Part shown: positions 49,401-62,400 of the stretch, one piece after another
Position numbering within the stretch: position 1 is the first letter of the stretch
Layout: each line of letters opens with the position of its first letter
NCBI GenBank assembly: GCA_947581895.1
Contig: CANPWE010000004.1
Coordinates: 2,836 to 66,835, forward strand
Direction: 5' to 3'
From: an uncultured Clostridia bacterium
GTDB lineage: Bacteria; Bacillota; Clostridia; TANB77; CAG-508
Length of the DNA stretch: 64,000 nucleotides
The notes under the pieces: generated by a model
The model's database searches: none
The model's input: the letters and a program-made list of their open reading frames with translations, nothing else
Told to the model about the DNA's origin: nothing
Translations under genes and position numbers: made by a program

Positions 49401-50066
49401 AAAGTTAGAGAAGGAGACGAAGTTGAAGCAGGAGATCCATTAACAGAAGGTTCAATAAACCCTAATGAAATATTACAAATTAATGGACCTGATGGTGTTT
49501 TCAGATATTTAGTACAAGAAGTTCAAAAAGTTTATAGAAACCAAGGTGTTGATATAAATGATAAACATATAGAAGTAATAGCAAGACAAATGCTTAAAAA
49601 AGTAAGAGTAGAAGATAATGGTGATACAACAATGTTTGCAGGTTCTTTAGTAGATATGTATGATTTTGAAGATGAAAACAACAAAATCATTGCTGAAGGA
49701 AAAACTCCTGCAAAAGGAAAACGTATTTTACTTGGAATTACAAAAGCATCACTTGCAACAGAAAGTTTCTTATCTGCAGCATCATTCCAAGAAACAACTA
49801 GAGTTCTTACAGAAGCAGCTATTAAGGGAAAAGTTGATGAATTAATTGGATTAAAAGAAAATGTTATTATTGGTAAACTTATCCCAGCTGGAACAGGTAT
49901 GCCACAATATCAAGCAACAAAAATAAAAACAATATTAGATGAAGAATCAACAGAAACACAAAATGATGGAGAAGAATCAGAAGATGAATCAGCAAATAAT
50001 GGTGTTGATATTGGGTTAGATGAACAAGCTAAAAATGTAGATGATACTACTGATTATGAAGAATAA
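46439..50066 (+). CDS. rpoC: DNA-directed RNA polymerase subunit beta' (two ORFs joined by a +1 shift at CGG 48575-48577)
   Basis: ORF 46439-48628 carries [13 protein letters not shown] 48609-50066 carries MRGLMA...FREGL...[30 protein letters not shown]. Skipping C48575 reads ..[26 protein letters not shown].., colinear with the conserved SGARGN......AGMRGLMA block, giving ~1,208 aa. Confidence 0.95.
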
Positions 50067-50068
50067 TA

Positions 50069-50094
50069 AAAAAAGACCGTAAGGTCTTTTTTTG
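50069..50094 (+). terminator. rpoC intrinsic terminator
   Basis: AAAAGACC GTAA GGTCTTTT followed by a T-run, immediately after the stop. Confidence 0.8.
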
Positions 50095-50133
50095 TGTTAA
50101 TTTCACATTTTCACTTACGGATACTTATCTTTC

Positions 50134-50178
50134 AAATAAACTCTAATTATCAAAAAAATAATTAGAGTTTATTTTATG
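50134..50178 (+). terminator. hairpin belonging to the duplicated upstream module
   Basis: AAATAAACTCTAATTAT pairs with ATAATTAGAGTTTATTT. The same hairpin recurs at 59240-59277. Confidence 0.5.
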
Positions 50179-50333
50179 TAAAATTGTCACAAAAAATTAA
50201 TTGAAATGTAAAAAAAACATCAATATATTGTTCCGTAAAAAAATATATCAATTGTAAAAAAATGATTAATTGAATAATTAAAATATTTATTTTAATATAA
50301 GTATAAAAGATATTATCTTAAAAGAAAGAGGCA

Positions 50334-53300
50334 ATGAAAATGAAGAATTTAAGAAAATTAAGAAATATATTTATTTATATTATTTTAATATTCATAATTA
50401 TAACTAATATTTCTTTTGTAAAAGCAACTATAGGAGAATCATTAATTAAAAATGAGTATATAAAAAGTATAGCAGGAGAAATAACAGCTAAACCACAAGA
50501 AATTAAAAATATATTTTCTAAAAACACCAATATATTAAATAGCATAGCATCTGAACAAGATGAAAATACATATAATGTACAAATGGAATTAAATATAGTA
50601 AACCAAGATGGTGCAGATGTTATAGGTGGAAATAAATTAAAAATTGAAGATGTGACACAAACTGAAGACAGCCAAGCATCTGGTTTAGAAATACATGTAT
50701 TCAATATTAGTACAGGAGAGGAAATCCAATTATCTGAGGATAGTACATTTGATACACAGGGTCAGGGTGTTATTGTAGATTTAAGTAAATTAACACAAAA
50801 TAAGAAATATCAAATTTTGATTGAAGATGTAGAATCTGCACAGGGATATAGTAGAACAATAAATAGTTTAAAATTAGATATACTTGTTGATGACAAGGAA
50901 AATATAATAGCAAAGATTTCAGAGGTTGTAGGTGCATCAGGAGATAAGTTAGATGAATTAACACAAAGTTTAGCTAAATTGCATGGAGCAGATGATAAGG
51001 GTAATTTAACAATAGGACCTGATGAAAAAGATCCAGAGGTAGATATTCAGTATAAACTTGGAGAAGTTATAGAAAATAAAGGAATTGAGAATAATACTGA
51101 AGTAAATGGAAATGTAAGTAATGATGATATAGAAGAAGGTGGAGAATGGAAAGAATATAGTAATAGTGTTACTATATCAGAAAATTCAACATTATATGCA
51201 AAAGCAACAAAAAATGGAATTGAAAGTGAAATCTCATTAAAAATTATAAATAATATTGACACAAAAGGACCTGAAATAGGTGATATAACTGAAGAGAACA
51301 TAAGTGAAGAAAATAATAGAGAAGTAAAATTAAAAGCTGTAATAACAGATAATGCTTCAGGTCTTGTAAAATATGGAATTAGTAGGAGTGAAAAAGATGA
51401 ACCAAATGCATATATAATAGCAGATACAGCTCTAACTAAAGAAGATATATCAGAACACAGAAATGCACATCCAAAATTGGAGGATAATTTAGAAATAGAT
51501 GGGATATGTGAAAATGGAAATTATTACATATGGATATGGGATTCAGCAGGAAATCATACAATAAAGTCAGTAAATGTTACAAAAGTTCATGAAGTAGATG
51601 TGGCAGAGATAGTTCAAACAGATATGGCACATAAAGATTTGGTCGGAAAAACATATACTAGCTTATATAAGGCATTAGAAGCAAGTCCAGAAAATTCTGA
51701 GACAACAATAAAAATTATAGCAGATATATATAATGAAAATAATCAAATAAAAAACAGAAATATAACAATAAATTTAAATGGGCATAAAGTAAATAATAGA
51801 AATAATAGTGAGCCAAATTTAACTGTAAATGGAGGGTCAAGTCTAACTATAGTAAATAAAGGAGAGAATGAATCAAGCATTATAATGGAAGGTTCGCTTG
51901 AAAGTGAAAATACAGCTGCAATTTTAGTAAAAAAAGCTGCAACATTAATACTTCGGAGAAAATGAGGGAGAAGTATCAATAATGCAACCTGCAATAATAG
52001 GAAGGAATAAAGGAATTGTAAAAGAAGGGACTTTTAATTTCTATGATGGAAAAATTACAGCCAAAATGAATAAGAGTGATAATCAAGCTGATGTAGAAAA
52101 AGGGCCAGTTGCAATAGATGGAAACGTGGATGGATTGCCAGTTGCTTATTCAACATTAATAGAGGATAGTGATAATGAAGATGAAAAACTTCAAATAGCT
52201 ACACTAACAATAATATCTGAAATTGAAGCAAAAATAGAAAACACAACATACACAAAATTAGAAGATGCAATAAAAGCTGTACGGAACTTATTTTGGAACT
52301 GATGGAAAACCAGTAAAAATATCATTAGTACAAGAATCATTAAGCAAAAATGCACCAGTAATAATAGGTCAAGACAAAAATATAATACTAGAATTAGATG
52401 GAAAAACTTTAACAACAACATCATCAGATTATGTAATAAAAAACTATGGTACTTTAGAAATTGTAGATTCAAGTGAAAAACAAACAGGAAAGATAACAAG
52501 TACAACTAATAGTACAATATATAATGGTAGTGTAGAAGAATATGAGGAAAGCCCTGATGAAAGAGAAGCAATAGATATGAGTCACGTAGAACAATTTGAC
52601 AAAGAAGATGAATATGGCTTTCATTATGATGGTAGTCAAATAGTAAATGATAGTGGTGAAGGAAAGGAAAGTGGTATTGCAACAGGATACTTAGAATTAG
52701 ATTTAACTGATAAGAAAGGAAAATATACTTTAACTGTAAATGCAGAAATATCAACACGTTCAGGAAATGGATATGTTAGTATAACAAACAAGCCAGATAA
52801 TAGTGAAAATATACGTTCAGCAATTTATGGAAACTTAATAACTTTATCATCAAGTAAAACTACTGAACAAAACACAATAGATATAGCTGGTGGAAAAAAA
52901 TACTATTTAAATTTCAGATATAAAAAAGGAAGTAGTACTTCTTCTGGATATGAGGAAAAATTAAAAATAAACAATATAACACTTACAAAAAAACAGGAAG
53001 GTAAACTAACACTAACAAGTGGAATAATTGAAGTTGATAAAGTAGGAACTAGTAAAAAGTATTATTCTGCAATAGAGAATGAAGGTGTAGCAAATATAGA
53101 AGGTGGAAAAATAATTGGTACACAAAAATATATAGCAGGTATAACAACATTAAGTGGAGGTACATCAAATATCAGTGAAGGAGAAATTGCATTAACAGGT
53201 AGTAGTGATATTGCGATAAAGGCAGCTAAGAAAGGTGGTATAACAAATGTAACTGGTGGTAATATACATGGATATTATGGAATAAGAACAGAGGAATGTT

Positions 53301-56300
53301 TAGCAGATGCTATAATTAAAGGTGGAACTTTTAATAAAGATTGTAATTATCAAATATGTAATGATGGTATATATTCATTAATAATGCTAAAAAATGTAAC
53401 TTTAAATAAAGCAAACAATGGTAATTGTGTTTATGTAGGTGAAGAATATTCAGATACAATTATAGATGAATGTAATATCAATAGTGAAAAGACTCGGTAT
53501 ATATTGTGATGCATCTGATTCAAATATAGTTATAAATAAGAGTAATATTACATCAGATGGTATTGCTATAAATATACAAAAGAAATGTAATTGTGAAATA
53601 ATAGAAACTACAATTAATATAACAGGAAATAGTAAAATTATCCAATGTGAAAAAGTAAATGTTGATATAACAATAAAAGATTCTAATTTAAAAAATGAAG
53701 ATTCTAAAAGTGAAACACAAGGAATTGATATAAATGGTGGAACATTAAATATAAAAGGAACAACAACTATAAAATCTGCAGGGGCAGCAATATATTCTAA
53801 TGAAGATGCAAACACCATTGTAAATATTGAGTCAGGAACAATAGAATCAACGGCATCACAAGCTATAGTTATGAATAAGGCAACAGGAATTATTAATGTT
53901 GGAATAAAAGATAAAAAAGTTGATGAGGAATTTCCAATTTTAAAATCAGCAGTATCAGACTGGACAATTCGTTCAGACATGATGAAATTAAATTTTTATG
54001 ATGGAAAATTAATAGGAGGAAAATATAAAATAATTGGTGCATCAATTGAAGAATTAGAAGATGAGTATAATTTAGTGAGTAGTATAAATACAGATGATTC
54101 AGGAAATGAATTTGAAATATTGAAATTAGGAAAAGCAGAAAGTGAAGCTCAAATTGTGGGAAACAGTTCAAAACCTGAAGGTATTTATTCAACATTAAAG
54201 GAAGCTGTAGAAAATGCTAACACAGAAAGTTCTGGACAACCAATAACAATAAAGTTATTAAAAGATGTATATCAAGCACAACAAATAAGAATAGAAAAAG
54301 GTCAAAATATTAAAATAGATTTAAATGGTCATAAATTTTTTGCTATGACAGATAAGGCTTTATATAATGAAGGTAAATTAGAGATTATAGATAGTGTAAC
54401 AACTGCTGAAGATGAGTATAATTTAGTTGGTTCAACTGGTGCTGTAATTATACATAATGCACTTACAGAAAATGAAGGTGATACAAGTGTAAAAGGGGAA
54501 TTAATTTTAGGTCAAGGTACAAAAATTAATTATACTGCCTCAGGAGTAAGTAATCAATATAAAAATGTAATAGAAAATGATGGACTATTAAAAACAACTA
54601 ATAATGAAGCAATAAATGTTTCTGGAGATTTTATACATGTTATAGAAAATAATGGAATTTTTGAATTAAATGGAAGTAAAATAACCACAAGTGGAAATAA
54701 TACATATGCAGTATATAATAATAATACAAATGAAACAGATAAATCAACTATGACAGATGTAAATATATCAATGACTGGTATCAATAACTCATATGGTGTG
54801 TATAACAATAACAATGGAACAATAGAAATAGGAGGTACAACACAAATAACATCAACCCAATCAGCTATAACTAATAATAGTACTGGAAATATAATAATAA
54901 AGGGAGGAACTATATTAAGTTCAGGAAGATATGGAATAAATAATGTGGATGAAGGTATTATACAGATAGATGATGGAAAAATAGAAGCACAAACAGCATC
55001 ATATGAATGTATAAGAAATTATAATGGTGGAACAGTTAATATTGCAAATGGAGAGATAACATCTAAAGGATTAGGTATATATAATTATAATTATAAGAAA
55101 TCAGGAACAATAAATATAAAAGGAGGTATAATTAAAAGCACTACAAATCATGGTATACAAAATGGTAACTCTAATGAAGGAACAGTAAATATAACAGGAG
55201 GAAATATAATAAGTGAAAGTAAATATGGAGTGTATAATAATGTTGGAATATTGAATTTAGGAAATAAATTAAAAGAAGGAGAAGAAGATACAGTAGATAC
55301 TAAAAATCCAAGTATAACAGGAGGAACAAATGGAGTATATAATAATAGTACATTCAACTTTTATGATGGAGCAATAACAGGACCTATTAAAAAATCTATC
55401 TTTGGAGCTATTACAGATTATGAAGTTGGATATCAGATTATTAAAACTCAAAATGAAGACGAAACAACTGAAACAGCAACATTACAGCAAGTAAATATTG
55501 CAGAACTGAAAAAGGAAACAGATACAGGAGAAGAAAGTATAGAGATATTTAAAAATGTAGAAAAATTACAAGCAAAATTAAAAGAATTAGATACAAAACA
55601 AAAATATAAAATAAAGGTGTTAGCAGATTTTTCTATAAAAAATACAGAAAGAATAGAAATTCCTAATGAATTAACAGTAACAATTGATTTAAATGGTTTT
55701 TCAGCTACAACTGCAGTTAATCCTGCAATTAAAAATAATGGAAAACTTACAATAATGGATTCTAGTGAGGATTCATCAGGAAATATAATGAGTGAATTAA
55801 ATGGAACAAGTGATTCATATTGTAGTATTATATATAACGAAGACAATGCGAACTTGAATATAGCATCTGGAAATATAATATTAAGAGGTAAATATGAATA
55901 TGGAATATATAATAGTGATACAGGAACAGTAATAGTAAATGGAGGAAAAATAGATTTAAGTGGTTCATATGAATATGGAATACAAAACAAAGGCAAATTA
56001 GAGTTAAAAGGAAATACAATGACAGTAAATGATTCAAATTCATATGCTATATATAATAATACTAGTAGTGAGAATACAGTAAAAATAAAAGGTTCAACAA
56101 TAAGCAATACAAAAGGAGAAGGAATATATAATAAAGGTTCAGGTGTAATAGAGATAGGTAAGTTAGAAAATATAGAAGCATCAGATGAACAAACAATAAT
56201 TACAAAAATAAATACTTCAAGTAATGCTATATATAATAATGATGACGGAAGAATAGTAATAGATGGTGCAGAAATAGTTGTAACATCATCTAGTTCAATA

Positions 56301-59207
56301 GAGAATAATGGTAAAGGAACAATAGAATTAAAAAATGGAAAAATATCAACAACATCAACTCTTAAAGGTTCACATGGTATAAATAATTATAATGGAGGAA
56401 CTATTAATATAATAGATGGGGAAGTAATAAGTAATGGAGGAAATGCAATATGTAATTACAATTATAGGGAATCTGGAATTATAAATATACAAGGAGGAAA
56501 AATAACAAGTTCAGGCTCATACGCAATATATAACACCAAATCTAATGAAACTGGAACAGTAAATATAACAGGAGGAACAATAGAAAGTAATAGTTCATAT
56601 GGAGTTTACAATTATACTGGTACATTAAATATAGGAAAGAAAATAGAAGATACAGAAACAACATTAGAAGATATACCAAATGAAAATAGTCCAATTATAA
56701 AAGGAAAAACATATGGAGTATATAGTAATGAAACATTCAATTACTATGATGGTATAATATCAGGTGCTGTAGGAAAATCTATAAATGAAAATATAACAGA
56801 TATAAGAAAAAATTATCAAGTAGAAAAAACTGTACAAAGTGATGTAGAAACAGCAACATTGAAAAAAATAGAAATAATGCAAATAAATGGAAAAAGTTAT
56901 CAGACTATAAATGAGGCACAAAGTGAAATAAATAATTTTAGTGGAACTGATGAACATGTAATTAAATTATTAAATGATACATATATGAGTAAATTGGATA
57001 CTATATCAATTCCGGCAGATGCAAAAGTAAAGCTAGACTTAAATAGTTATACACTTGAAACTTCTAGTGATACTGCAATTGATAATAATGGAAATTTAAC
57101 AATAACAGATGAAAGTGAAACAAAAACAGGAAAAATTTTAGGAACAGCCAAAACAATTATAGATAATAAAAATGAGTTAGTGATTGATGGGGTTGAACTT
57201 AAAGCTATTAATTATGTAAGTGTTATAGATTCTACGAATCGCACAAAGATTGTTAATAATACTAAAAAACTAACATGGAAGAATAGCAATTTATTAATTG
57301 ATATAGGAAGCAGTTATGGTATTTATAATTTAGGAGAAGGTACTATAAATTGGAATAGTGGTAATATTTTTTTAAATGCTTCAACTCATACTAACCGACA
57401 ATATGGTATATATGTTGAAGGAACAGGAAATATTGATATTGAAAATGTAAAATTTAAAACTATTGGTATTACTAATAATAATCAATATTCTGGTCAATAT
57501 TTTATATATTCAAAAAATACTAATAATATAAAAACAAAAATTGATATTAAGAATTTTAGTATAGATGAAACATCTAATAAAAATGGTCATAGATATGGTA
57601 TATACGGAGAAAATTTAAATTTAAATATATTAGGAGGCATTTTTGAAGGATTAAATAGTGGTGATATAGAATTAAAAAATTCACAAATACTTATTACTGG
57701 AGGGACATTAAATGACACAATAATAATACCTGATAATACTACAGCAACAATCAATGGAAGTGAAGTTACTATTAATCGTATTGAAAATAGTGGAACTTTA
57801 CAAATTGAAGATGGTACAATTAAAAATGTTAATAGCAAATCAAGTACAAGTAACATAACTATGTCAAATGGAAATATATATAATACAGAAAATAATGCAG
57901 TAGAAATAACATCAGGAACTTTCACATTAAAAGGGGGAAAAATAGAATCAACAAATGGATATGGTGTATATATAAATGGAAGTAATGGGACATTTATAAT
58001 GGGAGAAAATGACAAAATATTATCAACAGATATTCCAAAAGTAATAGGTTCAACATATGGAGTGTATAGCAAATCAGGCACATTCAATTTCTATGATGGA
58101 GTAGTACAAGGTGCTGAAAAAGCAATATATGGAGTAGTCAATGATACACCAGAAAGTTACAAGGTTAAAATTGAAGAAGATGGAAAAAAGGCAATTTTAG
58201 GTGTAATTTCAGAAAAAGAAAATATAGTATCAGTAGGTAATATGTATTTTAACAATATGAAATCAGCAATGGAACAAGCTAATAGAGTATCAGGAATAAT
58301 AGAAGTATATAATGATTTAGATTTAGATGATTCATTAACAATAGATGAAAATTCAAATGTTACAATAAATTTAAACGGACATAATTTAACAGCATCAATT
58401 TCAGGATCTTTATTTATAAATAAAGGGGATTTGACAATAATAGATAAAGTGAAAAATAATGATTCATCAACAAATACAGTAGGATCTAAAGTAGAAAATA
58501 CATTAGGATATGCTATAACTAATAATGGAACATTAACAATAGGAATACAAGATGGTCAAATAGATAAGGTTACACCTCACATAAAAGGAAAAATAAATGC
58601 AATACAAAATAATGGAACAGTATATTGGTATGATGGAAGAATAAATGATCAAACTACAGATCAAGAGAAAAAAATGACTTCAGAAATAAGTAATATAAAA
58701 AGAGAGATTCAAGCAAGTGCAGAAAAAATCTTAGATGAGCTACAACAAACACTAAAAATAGCTGGAGTGCAAAGTCCAATAATAAAAGTAGATAAAGAAT
58801 TACCAATATGGACAAACCAACCAGTTACAGCAACAATATATACACCAAGTAGAATAGTACTAAACATAGTTAATAACAATGAAAATGCACAAGTGCAATC
58901 TATAGTTGCAAAAAAGGTATGGAAAATGCCAGAAGAAGAAGCAGAAAATTATAGAGTAACAATTCAATTAATGAAAAAGAAAGATGAAGAAATAGTTCCA
59001 GCATTAGATAAACAAGAAAAGGAAATCACAGTTAGAATAATAGGAAATGGAACACAAACTTTTGATAATGTACCAATATATGAAGGTGAAAATAAAATAG
59101 AATATGTATTAAAAGAAATAAAAGTAGAAAAAAGAACATCTAGGGATGATGAGGATTGGCAGGAATTACCTTTAAATGAATTTAGTGTAACATATGAAGA
59201 TGAGTAA
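50334..59207 (+). CDS. giant secreted beta-helix-type surface protein, paralogue A (~2,956 aa; four ORFs joined by +1 shifts at CGG 51954, 52282 and 53495)
   Basis: Signal peptide KLRNIFIYIILIFIIITNISFVKA. Reiterated GG.I...S..YG(V/I)YN / G.(L/I)N(I/L)..G and FNFYDG.I.G motifs suggest a parallel beta-helix. C-terminal CnaB-like domain (VAKKVWKMP...YVLKEIKV). The frames of ORFs 50334-51965, 51982-52302, 52283-53509 (open from 52283) and 53466-59207 connect exactly at the three CGG codons. An alternative start is the ATG at 50340. Confidence 0.8.
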
Positions 59208-59239
59208 TCCATAAATTTACTTACGGATATACAGGTTTT

Positions 59240-59281
59240 AAATAAACTCTAATTATAAAAAATAATTAGAGTTTATTATTA
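59240..59281 (+). terminator. intrinsic terminator of paralogue A
   Basis: AAATAAACTCTAATTAT pairs with ATAATTAGAGTTTATT, followed by a T-rich tract, 35 nt after the stop. Confidence 0.6.
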
Positions 59282-59451
59282 TATTCAATATGTTACAAAA
59301 AATTAATTAAAAAGTAATAAAAATCAGTGATATCTTATTCCGTAAAAATGTAGGCAAATTGCAGAAAAATGGTGAATTGAATAATTAAATTATTTATTTT
59401 AATATAAATATATAAAAGATATGAGATATAAAGAAAGAGAGGTAATTACTG

Positions 59452-62400
59452 GTGGGAAAATTTAAAAAAATTAGAAACATATTTACTTGTATAATTTTAT
59501 TATTCACAATTATAACTAGTACTTCTTTTGTAAGGGCAACAATAGGTGAAAGACTAGCTATGAGTGAATCAGTAAGGAGTATAATAAAGGAAATAGAAGA
59601 TAAACCACTAGAAACTCAAAACCTATTTACTGTAAGTAAAGAAAAATCAGGAGATTCACCATCAGAACAAACTGAAAATACATATAATGTACAAATGGAA
59701 TTAAATATAGTAAACCAAGATGAGAAAGGTGTTACAGGTGGAAATACACTTAAAATTGAAGAAGTTACAGAAGATGAAAATAGTGGAGCACCTAGATTAG
59801 GAATACATATATTCAATATTAGTACAGGAGAGCCAATAGAATTATCTGAAAATGGTACATTTAATACACAGGGTCAAGGTGTTATTGTAGATTTTAGCCA
59901 ATTAGCACAAAATAATAAATATCAAATTTTGATTGAAGATATAGAATCTGCACAAGGATATAGTAAAACAATAAATAGTTTGAAATTAGATATATGTATT
60001 GATGATCAGGAAAATATAATAGCTAAGATTTCAGAGATTGAAGGTGCATCTGGAGAGAAATTAGATGCATTAACACAAAGGTTAGCTAAATTACATGGAG
60101 TAGATGATGAAGGAAAAGTAACAATAGGCAATGATAAACAAGATCCAGATGTAAATATTAAGTATAAATACGGAGAAATGATAGATATTGAAGGAAATGC
60201 TAATGAAGATAATTATGATATAGATGAAAGTGGAGAATGGGAAGATTATAATGATAGTATTACAATATCAGAAAATTCAACATTATATGCAAAAGCGATA
60301 AAAAATGGAACTGAAAGTGAAATTTCACTAAAAATTATAAATAATATTGATAAAGAATTACCTCAAATAGATGATGTAAATCAAGAGACTATAAGTGAAG
60401 AAGATGATAGAGAAGCAAAAATAACAGCTAAAATAAAAGATAATGCTTCAGGACTAGTGAAATATGGAATTAGTAGGAGTGAAACAGAAGAGCCTGATAC
60501 ATATATAATGGCAGATACTAATTTAACTGAAGAAGATATATCAAAACATAGAAATGCACATCCAAAATTAGAAGGAAATTTAGAAATAGAAGGAATATGT
60601 GAAAATGGAATTTACTACATATGGCTATGGGATTCAGCAGGGAATCATGTAGTACAGTTGGTAGAAGTTAAAAATGTAAAAGAAGTACCTGTAGCACAGA
60701 TAGTTAAAACAGATGGAGCTGATCAAGGATTAGTTGGACAAACATATAACAGTTTATATAGTGCATTAGAAGCAAGTCCTGAAAATTCAAATACAACAAT
60801 AAAAATAATAGCAGAGATTTATAACGAAAATAATCAAATTAAAAATAGAAATATAACTATAAATTTAAATGGATATAAAGTAAATAATAGAAGCACTAAT
60901 GAACCAGCTTTAACTGTAAATGAAGGCTCTAGTTTAACAATATTAAATGAAGCAGAAGATGAATCAACTAGTATAATCACAGGTTCACTTGAAAGTGAAA
61001 ATACAGAAGCAATCTTAGTAAAAAAGGATGGAATATTAACGATTCGGAGAAAATGACAAAAAAGTGTCAGTAGTTCAGCCTTCAATAATTGGGAAAAGTA
61101 ATGGAATTGTAAATCAGGGAACTTTTAACTTTTATGATGGAAAAATTACAGCCAAAATAAAAAAAGATGGTCAAACACTTGAAGGAAAAAGACCAGTCGC
61201 AATAAATGGAGAACCAAATGAATTGCCAATTGCATATTCAGTAAGTATAGAAGATGATGATAAAGAGGATGAACAACTTCAAATAGCTACACTAACTATA
61301 ATATCTGAGATTGAAGCAAAAATAGGAACTGTAACATACACAAAATTAGAAGAAGCTGTAGAAGCAGCACGGAACACGTTTTGGAGCTGATGGAGAGATA
61401 GTAGAAATATCATTAGTACAAGAGTTCTTAAGTAAAAAAGAACCAATAATAATAGGTCAAGATAAAAATATAAGACTAGATTTAGATGGAAAAACTTTAA
61501 CAACATCTTCAGCAGGATATGTAATAGAAAATTATGGCAATCTAGAAATTGTAGACTCAAGTGAAGAACAAACTGGGAAAATAACGAGCACAACTAATAG
61601 TACAATATATAATGGAAGTAAGGAAAATGATGAAGAAAGCCCAGAAGAAAAGCCAGATGAAGAAGAAACAATAAATTTAAATAATGTAAAAAAATTTAAC
61701 GAAGATGATCCATATTATTTTTATTATGATGGTGAACAGATAATCAATAGTGATGATCATGGAGAAGCTAGTACTGTTTCAACAGGATATTTAGAAATAG
61801 ATTTAACTGGTAAGGAAGGGAAATATGCTTTAACTTTAGATACAGAAATATCAGCAAAATCAGGAAATGGATATGTTAGTATAACAAATGCTCCAGATAA
61901 TAGTGATAAAATAAGTTCTTCAATTTATGGAAATTTAATAAGTAATTCATCAAGTAAAAAAACAGCACAAGAGACAATAGATATAGCTGGTGGACGTAAG
62001 TATTACTTAAATTTTAGATATAAAAAAGGAAGTAGTACATCTTCTACTTCAGAAGATAAATTTAAAATTAAGAATATAACACTTACAAAAAAGCAAGAAG
62101 GAAAATTAACATTAAAAGGTGGAATAATAGAAATAGACAAAGAAGGAACTGAAAAAAATTATTATTCTGCGATAGAAAATAAGGGAATTGTAAATATAGA
62201 AAATGGAAATATAACAGGTCAACAAAAATACAATATAGGTATATCAACTCTAAATGCAGGTACATCAAATATAACAGGAGGAAAAATTGCATTAACATCA
62301 ACATCTTCTGGTATAGCAATAAGGGCAACTGAAAGAGGTGGTATAACCAATATTACTGGTGGTAATATACGTGGATATTATGGAATAAGAACAGAGGAAT

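Noticed and set aside
46439-50066. rpoC as a naturally split gene (rpoC1/rpoC2-like) or a pseudogene
   Set aside because: The break lies inside the contiguous conserved SGARGN...AGMRGLMA block, the two ORFs overlap out of frame, and a one-base skip restores perfect colinearity. Natural splits occur at domain boundaries with separate starts. The gene is also essential.
50334-59207. Four separate genes, or a decayed pseudogene, in place of one giant gene
   Set aside because: The downstream ORFs lack RBSs and sensible starts. Repeat motifs run across the junctions. The frame 52283-52576 is open without an ATG. The same three interruptions occur in the diverged paralogue B.
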